The notes beneath the pieces are model-generated. The model was not told the DNA's origin. It worked only from the letters and a program-made list of their open reading frames with translations, and ran no database searches. Positions 7,167 through 13,716 of a stretch of DNA of 14,455 bases are shown here, one piece after another (position 1 is the stretch's first letter; each line of letters starts with the position of its first letter). A program made the translations under genes and the position numbers. This DNA is from a virus. The stretch is from UHGV virus genome UHGV-0102464; one strand, 5' to 3'.

Positions 7167-7444
7167 CGTGGCAAACACTGATCCTGAACATTAACGCTGT
7201 TGCATGCATCCTCATCACCATACGCCTGATGTTCTTCAGGAAGCGGAGCTTACGGCGCCGCCGTCTGATGGAGTTTCTGGCCTATGGGCTGATCCTCGCT
7301 CCAGCGTTTACCGCTTTCCGCATCTGGCATGGTGATTACGTGCAGGTCGACTACGGAGAGTTGGTCGTCAACCTTGTTGTCTGCATAGCTGTATGGCGAG
7401 CACGTGGCAACATCGCAAGAATAGCAGGGGAAAGCACAACGTGA
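7163..7444 (+). CDS. Small membrane protein (93 aa), holin/antiholin-like
   Basis: ATG 7163 overlaps the upstream stop, with a GAAGGGGG Shine-Dalgarno. Two hydrophobic helices separated by a basic stretch (RKRSLRRRRL). Lies between the putative holin and the endolysin. Confidence 0.4.
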   Translation: MTWQTLILNINAVACILITIRLMFFRKRSLRRRRLMEFLAYGLILAPAFTAFRIWHGDYVQVDYGELVVNLVVCIAVWRARGNIARIAGESTT

Positions 7445-8070
7445 ACCAATCACAATTTCAAAAGGCGGCTGGCATTAGCGCCGGGCTCGCTTCGCGCTGG
7501 TTTTCGCATATCGATGCTGCAGTGAAGGAATTCGGCATAACCGCGCCGCTCGATCAGGCCATGTTTATCGCGCAGATGGGCCATGAGTCCGGCGGTTTCA
7601 CCCGGCTGGTGGAAAACCTGAACTATGCGGCAGAAAACCTGGTACCTACGTTCGGCAAGCATCGCATTACTGCGCAGCAGGCCGCCGCACTCGGCAGAAC
7701 GGCAACGCAACCGGCAAATCAGAAAGCGATAGCCAATCTGGTTTACGGCGGTGAGTGGGGCAAAAAGAACCTGGGCAACCAGGTTGCTGGTGATGGCTGG
7801 AAATATCGCGGCCGAGGCCTTAAGCAAATCACCGGGCTTAGCAACTATCGCAGTTGCGGCCAGGCTCTCAAACTGGATCTGGTTTCGTATCCAGAACTAC
7901 TGGAACGAGATGAATACGCTGCGCGCTCCGCCGCATGGTTCTACGTCTCGCACGGATGCCTGCTCCATTCAGGCGATGTGGAGCGCGTCACGCTGCTTAT
8001 CAATGGCGGACGTAACGGGCTGGATAAACGCCGCGCGCTGTTTAACCTGGCGAAGTCTGTGCTGGTGTGA
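7441..8070 (+). CDS. Endolysin, glycoside hydrolase family 19 (chitinase-like lysozyme)
   Basis: GH19 hallmark motifs: FIAQMGHESGGF and YRGRGLKQITGLSNYR (compare the GRGPxQ(L/I)(S/T)xNY motif of GH19 chitinases). Start placed at GTG 7441, which overlaps the upstream stop (GTGA); the alternative ATG 7393 lacks a Shine-Dalgarno. Confidence 0.8.
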   Translation: MNQSQFQKAAGISAGLASRWFSHIDAAVKEFGITAPLDQAMFIAQMGHESGGFTRLVENLNYAAENLVPTFGKHRITAQQAAALGRTATQPANQKAIANLVYGGEWGKKNLGNQVAGDGWKYRGRGLKQITGLSNYRSCGQALKLDLVSYPELLERDEYAARSAAWFYVSHGCLLHSGDVERVTLLINGGRNGLDKRRALFNLAKSVLV

Positions 8071-8077
8071 GGTCACT

Positions 8078-8347
8078 ATGGGATTAGAAACAATCGTCGG
8101 TATTGCTGCCCTGATAATGGCAGCTATCGCTGGTGCTTTTGGCATTGGTCATTCACGCGGCACCAGCAAAGCGGAAGCCAAAGCCGATCAGCAGCGCACT
8201 GAAGAACGTGCAACAGCTACTGAAGCTGTTGCTGAACGCCGGGTAGAGACAACAAAAGGAGCCAGGGATGTACAGCAAACTGTTAATCATCTTCCTGATG
8301 ACGATGTTGACCGTGAGTTGCGCGAAAACTTTACCCGCAAAACCTGA
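8078..8347 (+). CDS. Rz-like inner-membrane spanin (i-spanin) component, copy 1
   Basis: ATG 8078, 8 nt after the endolysin stop. N-terminal transmembrane helix (IVGIAALIMAAIAGAFGIG) then a charged helical region. The track ORF 7751..8347 is the same frame extended upstream into the endolysin and is rejected. Assignment is by position and architecture. Confidence 0.6.
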   Translation: MGLETIVGIAALIMAAIAGAFGIGHSRGTSKAEAKADQQRTEERATATEAVAERRVETTKGARDVQQTVNHLPDDDVDRELRENFTRKT

Positions 8348-8489
8348 ATTAACGGACACAGCCTGTGACTGGGTGGACATTATCTACCTCACTGAACACG
8401 ATATTGCCGTGCTGGATAAGCAGACGAAGCGGGACATATTGGTGCACAATAAATCAGTGCAGGCTAACTGTGCAAAAAAAATAAATTGA
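8268..8489 (+). CDS. Rz1-like outer-membrane lipoprotein spanin (o-spanin), overlapping the 3' end of the Rz-like gene in another frame, copy 1
   Basis: ATG 8268 with an AAAAGGAG Shine-Dalgarno. Signal peptide plus lipobox-like ..MTMLTVSCAK; several Cys. The ORF begins inside the Rz-like gene and extends past it (P2 lysB/lysC-like overlap). Its sequence is conserved in copy 2. Confidence 0.6.
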   Translation: MYSKLLIIFLMTMLTVSCAKTLPAKPELTDTACDWVDIIYLTEHDIAVLDKQTKRDILVHNKSVQANCAKKIN

Positions 8490-8590
8490 AAATGAGAAAT
8501 GAAAGTAGTAAATATGTGCCAAGCTGTGATGAAACCAGCAATGAAGCACGTTCTTTAATCCGCATTCTCTGAAAAAGAGAAAGAATTATA

Positions 8591-8618
8591 AGCCTCGGTT
8601 TAATACCGGGGCTTTTTT
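8591..8618 (+). terminator. Rho-independent terminator after lysis cassette 1
   Basis: AGCCTCGG (8591-8598), loop TTTAATA, CCGGGGCT (8606-8613), then a T-run to 8618. Confidence 0.7.
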
Positions 8619-8768
8619 GTATCTGCATTTCACCGCGCACCGCAGCGCATTCAATCACGTCGAACCCAACCTTTTGGAATGAGCCGTTGAGGAGTCAGTT
8701 AGTGCTGGCGAGCCTCGACGGGCTGATTTCCTATGCGACAAAGGTTCATTTCAAAGAAGGTAAACGCA

Positions 8769-9356
8769 ATGCACGACTCAACAAGCGGGTTGGTCTTTGG
8801 AGTTGGCAAACTCGATGTACACCCCGTTATCAATAAAGGGGTAAAACTCAGGTCATACAGAGTATGGTTTGGGATGCTGAAAAGATGCTACGGAAAGGGA
8901 ACGGCATTTAAAAGTGAATACCAAGGATGCTCAGTCGATGAGCAATGGCACAAGTTCAGTAATTTTCAGCAATTTTACGACAAGAATTACTTCGAAGGCG
9001 CCGAGTTAGACAAGGATTTGCTTTATCTGGGTAATAAAGTTTACTCAAAAGATAGGTGCGTGTTCATCCCGTCATTCCTCAACGCCTTTATCACTGTTAG
9101 GCCGCCAAGAAACAACAACCTTCCGATTGGCGTATACCAAGTTAGCAACAGCCGGAAGTATCAATCAGAAATACAAGTTAATGGTGAAAGAAAATATCTA
9201 GGACTCTTTGAAGATCCGCATGAAGCTCACTCCGCTTGGTTTAATGAAAAGCTGAATATGGCAATTTCCTACAAAGAGTTGTGCGATTCTCTGCACCCTG
9301 ATTTGTATGGCGGACTCATAACAAAAATAGAAAGCATGCGAGTCTATCCGGATTAA
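8769..9356 (+). CDS. Hypothetical protein with AP2-like DNA-binding domain in C-terminal half
   Basis: ATG 8769 with a GAAGG Shine-Dalgarno 8 nt upstream (the track start 8733 has none). The C-terminal stretch IGVYQVSNSRKYQSEIQVNGERKYLGLFEDPHEAHSAWFNEK resembles the AP2 domain found in phage HNH/AP2 proteins. The N-terminal half (..SYRVWFGMLKRCYGK..) is unassigned. Confidence 0.5.
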   Translation: MHDSTSGLVFGVGKLDVHPVINKGVKLRSYRVWFGMLKRCYGKGTAFKSEYQGCSVDEQWHKFSNFQQFYDKNYFEGAELDKDLLYLGNKVYSKDRCVFIPSFLNAFITVRPPRNNNLPIGVYQVSNSRKYQSEIQVNGERKYLGLFEDPHEAHSAWFNEKLNMAISYKELCDSLHPDLYGGLITKIESMRVYPD

Positions 9357-9481
9357 TAAATTAATAATTCTACATTTTCAGGGCCCTTGGGAATCACCCT
9401 CGACGCTTTGTTGGTAAATCAGCCCGACGGCCCTGACCTTCTCACACACAGCTTCCCGATCTTTCATCGGAGGCGGTAACT

Positions 9482-9793
9482 ATGGCTAAGCGTATGCAAG
9501 ACAAAGAGAGCATTGCCGGGATGTCCTGGCTGGTTCTGCTGATCATTGCTTGCTGGGGTGGACTTGTCCGCTACCTGATAGATGTGAAGCAGAGCAAGGC
9601 AACATGGAGCTTGATCAATGCTCTTGCCCAAATGGTGGTTTCAGGGTTTACCGGCGTTATTGCTGGCCTGGTGAGCATTGAAAGCGGACTGAGCATTTAC
9701 ATGATTCTGGCAACCGCGGGGATAAGCGGCGCGATGGGCTCCGTAGCGCTCACGTATTTCTGGGAACGAATCACCGGAGTGAAAGCACAATGA
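9482..9793 (+). CDS. Holin (103 aa), lysis cassette 2
   Basis: ATG 9482 with a GGAGG Shine-Dalgarno 8 nt upstream. Hydrophobic helices; stop overlaps the endolysin start (ATGA). Confidence 0.6.
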   Translation: MAKRMQDKESIAGMSWLVLLIIACWGGLVRYLIDVKQSKATWSLINALAQMVVSGFTGVIAGLVSIESGLSIYMILATAGISGAMGSVALTYFWERITGVKAQ

Positions 9794-10329
9794 CAGCAGA
9801 CCAGATTATCGAGGGGATCCTCGGCAAGGAGGATGGTTATGTCGATCATCCGTCGGATAAAGGCGGGCCGACCCGCTGGGGCATCACGCAGACCACCGCC
9901 CGTGCACATGGCTACACCGGTGATATGCGGAACCTGCCCAGGGAAACAGCAAAGCAAATCCTGCTGAGCGATTACTGGACCGGCCCCCGGTTTGACCAGG
10001 TGGCAGCTCTATCTACGTTACTGGCAGATGAGCTTTGCGACACTGGCGTGAACATGGGGCCATCTGTAGCCAGTAAGTTTTTCCAGCGCTGGCTGACCGC
10101 AATGAATATGCGCGGAAAGCTGTATCCCGATCTGATTCCGGATGGCGCCATTGGTCCCCGAACCATCACCGCGCTTAAGGGATACCTTTCCGCCCGCGGG
10201 AAAGAGGGTGAACAGGTTCTGTTGCGTGCGCTGAACTGCAGCCAGGGTGCCAGATACCTCGAACTGGCGGAGGGCCGCGAAGCCAACGAGGATTTTCTCT
10301 ACGGCTGGGTTAAGGAGCGTGTCCTGTGA
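9790..10329 (+). CDS. Endolysin, glycoside hydrolase family 108 N-terminal domain + peptidoglycan-binding C-terminal domain
   Basis: N-terminal EDGYVDHPSDKGGPTRWGIT matches the GH108 signature (EGGYVDDPxDxGGxTxxGIT). C-terminal ..IPDGAIGPRTITALKGYL.. resembles the PG-binding-3 type domain. Confidence 0.8.
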   Translation: MTADQIIEGILGKEDGYVDHPSDKGGPTRWGITQTTARAHGYTGDMRNLPRETAKQILLSDYWTGPRFDQVAALSTLLADELCDTGVNMGPSVASKFFQRWLTAMNMRGKLYPDLIPDGAIGPRTITALKGYLSARGKEGEQVLLRALNCSQGARYLELAEGREANEDFLYGWVKERVL

Positions 10330-10670
10330 AGATGATCATTTTCGCTTTGCTTGTGCTGGTGGCTGTGCTCGTTCTGTTACTTCTGCGCAAATATACCCGG
10401 CTGGAGTTCGTAGGGCATGCCAGCTTGCTGCTGAAAACGTGGTCTGTAAAGCTGGGAGCTATCGGCGCGCTGGTTGGTGTATGGGCGCAGTCGTTCCCGG
10501 ATGCTGCGCTGCACGCCTGGGCGGTGCTGCCGCCGGATATCAAAAACATCCTGCCGCCAAACATCGTTGCGTTGATTAGCCCTGCGCTGGTGGTGCTGGC
10601 CGTACTATCGCAATACGTACGCCAGCCAGCATTGAAAGAAAAGGCCGACGAACTGAAGGAGCAGCAATGA
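10326..10670 (+). CDS. Membrane protein between endolysin and spanins (LysA/antiholin-like position)
   Basis: Start GTG 10326 (overlaps the endolysin stop) or ATG 10332, with an AAGGAG Shine-Dalgarno at 10310-10315. Strongly hydrophobic (IIFALLVLVAVLVLLLL.., ..LVALISPALVVLAVL..). Stop overlaps the Rz-like start (ATGA). Confidence 0.5.
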   Translation: MKMIIFALLVLVAVLVLLLLRKYTRLEFVGHASLLLKTWSVKLGAIGALVGVWAQSFPDAALHAWAVLPPDIKNILPPNIVALISPALVVLAVLSQYVRQPALKEKADELKEQQ

Positions 10671-10942
10671 GCTTTGAAATTATCGCGGGACTGGTGGTCG
10701 TCATCCTGGGTGCTATTGCTGGCGCGTTCGGCATTGGTCATGCTCGCGGGGCCAGTAAGGCGAAAGCCAAAGCTGATCAGCAACGTACCGAAGAGAACGC
10801 CGCTGCTACTGTCGCCGCGGCAGAACGCCGTGCTGAAGTCACGAAAGGGGCCAGCGATGTACAGGAAGACGTTAAGCGTATGGGCGATGACGATGTTGAT
10901 CGGGAGTTGCGCGAAAAGTTTACCCGCCCCGGTAGTCGTTGA
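10667..10942 (+). CDS. Rz-like i-spanin component, copy 2
   Basis: ATG 10667 with a GAAGGA Shine-Dalgarno. Roughly two-thirds to three-quarters identical to copy 1 by eye (AIAGAFGIGH..KADQQRTEE..DDDVDRELRE.FTR conserved). Confidence 0.6.
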   Translation: MSFEIIAGLVVVILGAIAGAFGIGHARGASKAKAKADQQRTEENAAATVAAAERRAEVTKGASDVQEDVKRMGDDDVDRELREKFTRPGSR

Positions 10943-11081
10943 CACGGCCTGCAGCTGGGTGCGGATCATCTACCTGACTGACCACGATATCGATGTGTTG
11001 GATAAGCAGACCAAGCGCGACATTCTGGCGCACAACAAAGCAGTGCAGGCCAACTGCCAGAGCATTACCCCTACTCATTGA
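10857..11081 (+). CDS. Rz1-like o-spanin lipoprotein, copy 2 (overlapping and extending past the Rz-like gene)
   Basis: ATG 10857 with an AAAGGGG Shine-Dalgarno. MYRKTLSVWAMTMLIGSCAK.. then DTACSWVRIIYLTDHDIDVLDKQTKRDILAHNKAVQANC, closely matching copy 1. The track ORF 10674..11081 is the same frame with a spurious upstream extension. Confidence 0.6.
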   Translation: MYRKTLSVWAMTMLIGSCAKSLPAPVVVDTACSWVRIIYLTDHDIDVLDKQTKRDILAHNKAVQANCQSITPTH

Positions 11082-11249
11082 GTTAAATAAATGGCCTCAT
11101 CCTTGAGGTCCACGAGTAAGTAAACGCAAGGTCTTTTATGTAATGGCTCTTTTAGCCTAGGAGCCAACTCAGAAACAACAAGCGTAAGCGGTAGATATTT
11201 ATGATTTTTTTTCTGCTGCTTATCCACAACCTACCGAAGAGGCTAAGAA

Positions 11250-11366
11250 ATGATTGCAACCATAGGAACCATTATCGTTTGGACGCTCATTGTTGTGGAT
11301 GGAGTTATTGGGATTCTGTGCGCGTTTATCGGTCTTATGTTCCTCATTAACTTTCCCATTCGCTAA
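11250..11366 (+). CDS. Possible small hydrophobic peptide (38 aa), not in ORF track
   Basis: ATG 11250 preceded by GAAGAGG. Translation MIATIGTIIVWTLIVVDGVIGILCAFIGLMFLINFPIR is a single predicted transmembrane helix. Too short for the track; existence uncertain. Confidence 0.3.
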   Translation: MIATIGTIIVWTLIVVDGVIGILCAFIGLMFLINFPIR

Positions 11367-11470
11367 CCCCACCAAGGGATAAACCAGCCTTCATCCCCAC
11401 GTGAGGATATTACAGAAGCCACTGACTGAGTGGCTTAGATAATGTTCCCGACATCGCACAGAGGTAAAAC

Positions 11471-11716
11471 ATGGCAGAGATCACACCGGCAGAACAGATT
11501 CGACTGAATCTGCTTTCCACCCTGAACTACGACACCGCGGCCGCTGCTAAGGCGATTGAGTTCGTCCAGGATAGCCAGCTCAAATATCAGCTGTTCATCC
11601 AGCAGTACAACCGCGTGACAACTGAATCAGAAGTTGTGGCGCGGACCATCAAAGCGGTTCAGGAGTCGGCGGAAGCGTTAGCGCTGTTTGATACCGCGGC
11701 TGAGCAGGCCAGTTAA
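11471..11716 (+). CDS. Hypothetical protein (81 aa)
   Basis: ATG 11471 with a GAGGT Shine-Dalgarno at 11461-11465. No recognisable motif. Confidence 0.5.
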   Translation: MAEITPAEQIRLNLLSTLNYDTAAAAKAIEFVQDSQLKYQLFIQQYNRVTTESEVVARTIKAVQESAEALALFDTAAEQAS

Positions 11717-11719
11717 GGC

Positions 11720-11755
11720 ATTACAGCAGGCATTCACGTAGTGCCTGTGATAATG
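11720..11755 (+). repeat. 36-bp repeated element, copy 1 (ATTACAGCAGGCATTCAC-GT-AGTGCCTGTGATAATG) with internal inverted repeat and extended -10-like TGTGATAAT
   Basis: Read directly; 34/36 identical to the copy at 12061-12096. Contains CAGGCA..TGCCTG inverted arms and TG-n-GATAAT. Confidence 0.6.
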
Positions 11756-12025
11756 TTAAAGCTCCTGTATAAGGGGCAGTTGTATGATGTCATGCAACGA
11801 AGCAACCAAACTATGGAAAGTCCGGGTAATGGTTTTGGAGTGAATGTGACGTTTCGCAACGATATAGATGGCTACTTTTTCCTGTTGCTTAGTATGTGGC
11901 CAGTGCTAATGGTTTTATTCCTGGGATTGTCCTCTGCATTTTACGGTGTGTTAATGCCTAAAACGGCAATTGCTTGTCTGGTGATCGCTGCCGCTGTGGG
12001 TACCGTTGGGTGGTTCTATGGATAG
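11741..12025 (+). CDS. Hypothetical small membrane protein (start uncertain)
   Basis: The track ORF begins at GTG 11741 inside the repeat; the true start may be an internal ATG. C-terminal part is hydrophobic (FFLLLSMWPVLMVLFLGL.., ..IACLVIAAAVGTVGW..). Confidence 0.4.
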   Translation: MPVIMLKLLYKGQLYDVMQRSNQTMESPGNGFGVNVTFRNDIDGYFFLLLSMWPVLMVLFLGLSSAFYGVLMPKTAIACLVIAAAVGTVGWFYG

Positions 12026-12060
12026 GCATCCTGGAAACATTTGGTCAGGTTATAGACTGT

Positions 12061-12096
12061 ATTACAGCAGGCATTCACTGAGTGCCTGTGATAATG
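12061..12096 (+). repeat. 36-bp repeated element, copy 2 (ATTACAGCAGGCATTCAC-TG-AGTGCCTGTGATAATG)
   Basis: Differs from copy 1 only at the 2 central bases; lies about 40 nt upstream of the AT-rich moron start. Confidence 0.6.
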
Positions 12097-12134
12097 ATAA
12101 ATTACTTACTCACACCTTTTGTGAGGTAAGAGAA

Positions 12135-12431
12135 ATGAAGCATCTTGTACATTCTTTTTTATCTGTATCATCTGACGGTGCAACTATTAAGTACGAAATA
12201 TATTCTCAAGATCAGGAATTAGGACATTTAAAGAAGATCCCGGAGGGTAGTTGTCAGATCATTAAGTCGATATATCAAAAGGATAGCAATAGTTTTAAGT
12301 TAATAGACTTAAACGTAAATGTTGAGGATTTATTTAAGGCAAATCAACCCAAGCCAAATACTTGGTACTCGGATGGGCAAGACCGTGTAAATCTCGACAT
12401 GCTTATCAATTATCTTGATAACTTAAAATAA
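12135..12431 (+). CDS. AT-rich moron-like gene, hypothetical protein (98 aa)
   Basis: ATG 12135 with a GAGGT Shine-Dalgarno about 7 nt upstream. Composition is markedly more AT-rich than flanking phage genes. Preceded by the repeat/promoter-like element and followed by a strong intrinsic terminator. No recognisable motif. Confidence 0.6.
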   Translation: MKHLVHSFLSVSSDGATIKYEIYSQDQELGHLKKIPEGSCQIIKSIYQKDSNSFKLIDLNVNVEDLFKANQPKPNTWYSDGQDRVNLDMLINYLDNLK

Positions 12432-12450
12432 TTGTAAGTTGAAATCATTT

Positions 12451-12478
12451 AGACCTCGAATCCCGAGGTCTTTTTTTT
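12451..12478 (+). terminator. Rho-independent terminator after the moron
   Basis: AGACCTCG (12451-12458), loop AATCC, CGAGGTCT (12464-12471), then T8 to 12478. Confidence 0.8.
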
Positions 12479-12487
12479 GGAGGTTTT

Positions 12488-12721
12488 ATGCGCCTGACTG
12501 TTCTCAGTAACGACCCTGGTGAACGTATATGGCCTAGCCGTGAACGCATAACGGTGTACCTCAACGGTGTCGAGGTCAAGTACGTTTTTACCGCCGATGA
12601 TCAGAAGGGCGAAGTTATCGCTGCTACGCTCGACTGTCTTGGCAACCTCATAGCCGAGAATGGCGAGATTAAGCGCCAGAAGCTGTTAGGTCAGGTGAGG
12701 ATAGAGCGATGCCCGCGCTAA
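12488..12721 (+). CDS. Hypothetical protein (77 aa) immediately upstream of and overlapping the HNH endonuclease gene
   Basis: ATG 12488 with a GGAGG Shine-Dalgarno just upstream; overlaps the HNH start by 13 nt. Confidence 0.5.
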   Translation: MRLTVLSNDPGERIWPSRERITVYLNGVEVKYVFTADDQKGEVIAATLDCLGNLIAENGEIKRQKLLGQVRIERCPR

Positions 12722-13059
12722 TACCCCGCGCCTGCCGTAAGCGTGGATGTCCTGGAACTACCACAGACCGCTTAGGCTACTGCGAGAAGCACCGCAACGA
12801 AGGCTGGCAACAGCATCAACAGGGAAAGAGTCGCCACGAGCGTGGCTACGGTAGCCAGTGGGATATCAGGCGTGCGCGCATCCTGAAACGCGACAACCAT
12901 TTATGCCAGAACTGCCTTCGCAGCGGGCGAGCTGTCGCAGCAAAGACGGTTGACCACATCAAGGCCAAGGCTCATGGGGGTACCGATGACGATTCGAACC
13001 TCGAAAGCCTGTGCTGGCCTTGCCATCGAACGAAAACCGGGCGCGAACGCATAAAGTGA
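12709..13059 (+). CDS. HNH endonuclease (phage packaging-associated type)
   Basis: Cys/His-rich: ..CRKRGCPGTT..GYCEKH.. and the HNH core ..VDHIKAKAHGGTDDDSNLESLCWPCH... AGGTGAGGA Shine-Dalgarno before ATG 12709. Position directly upstream of the terminase small subunit is typical. Confidence 0.85.
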   Translation: MPALIPRACRKRGCPGTTTDRLGYCEKHRNEGWQQHQQGKSRHERGYGSQWDIRRARILKRDNHLCQNCLRSGRAVAAKTVDHIKAKAHGGTDDDSNLESLCWPCHRTKTGRERIK

Positions 13060-13215
13060 TATCGATTCTCATTTGAGGCGAGGCAGAGGGGGCGGGGTCA
13101 AATCCCTGACGGCAAAGGCCAAAAGGACCGCCGCCTAACCTTTTTTCACACCGCCGCAGGTTAGAAAACTTTTTTTTGGGGTCCCCCATCCAATGATTAA
13201 TAGGAGTTTTCGATT

Positions 13216-13713
13216 ATGCCAGGACCACCGAAAACCCCGACACATCTGGCTTTAGTGAAGGGGAACCCATCCAAGCGCCCGATCAATAAGAACGAGCCAA
13301 AACCCCCGTCAGGGGTCCCCCCAATACCGAAACATTTCGATAAACAGGGTAAGTACTGGTTCAAACGGATTGGTGAGGAACTTGATGCCGTCGGCGTGTT
13401 GACCACGCTGGATGCTAAAGCGCTGGAGTTGTTGATAGAAGCCTATGTTGAATACCGGCATCACTGCGACACGCTTGATCGTGAAGGTTACACCTATGCC
13501 GTCTACAGCGAAGATGATTCAGATGAAGGAGGGGAGCGGGAAATCAGAATGATCAAACCGCACCCTGCAGCAGTCATGAAGGCTGACGCGTGGAAACGGA
13601 TCAGAGCGATGCTGAGCGAATTCGGCATGACACCTGCCAGCCGATCAAAGGTTGGTGCAAAAGACCCGGCAGAAGCCGACCCACTGGAAGAATTTCTTAA
13701 AAAGCGCAAATGA
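13216..13713 (+). CDS. Terminase small subunit (P27-family-like)
   Basis: ATG 13216 with a TAGGAG Shine-Dalgarno. ..LDAKALELLIEAYVEY.. pattern and placement between the HNH gene and the large terminase gene. Confidence 0.75.
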   Translation: MPGPPKTPTHLALVKGNPSKRPINKNEPKPPSGVPPIPKHFDKQGKYWFKRIGEELDAVGVLTTLDAKALELLIEAYVEYRHHCDTLDREGYTYAVYSEDDSDEGGEREIRMIKPHPAAVMKADAWKRIRAMLSEFGMTPASRSKVGAKDPAEADPLEEFLKKRK

Positions 13714-13716
13714 TGA

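Noticed and set aside
7751-8077. Upstream extension of the Rz-like ORF (track 7751..8347) and of the Rz1-like copy 2 ORF (track 10674..11081)
   Set aside because: These overlap the endolysin or Rz-like genes in alternative frames; internal ATGs with Shine-Dalgarno sequences (8078, 10857) and the conserved paralog N-termini define the real starts.
6219-13709. Minus-strand and overlapping plus-strand ORFs inside the prophage region (for example 6219..6416, 6439..6621, 6590..6910, 7250..7453, 7450..7827, 8153..8380, 8464..8658, 9697..9957, 9972..10286, 10247..10579, 10310..10969, 12959..13189, 13197..13406, 13503..13709)
   Set aside because: Each is antisense to or embedded in a better-supported plus-strand gene, or spans terminators; typical of GC-rich spurious frames.
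13713-13715. ATG at 13713 as the start of the large terminase
   Set aside because: That frame terminates after 36 codons; the ATG at 13717 opens the frame that continues to the window end.
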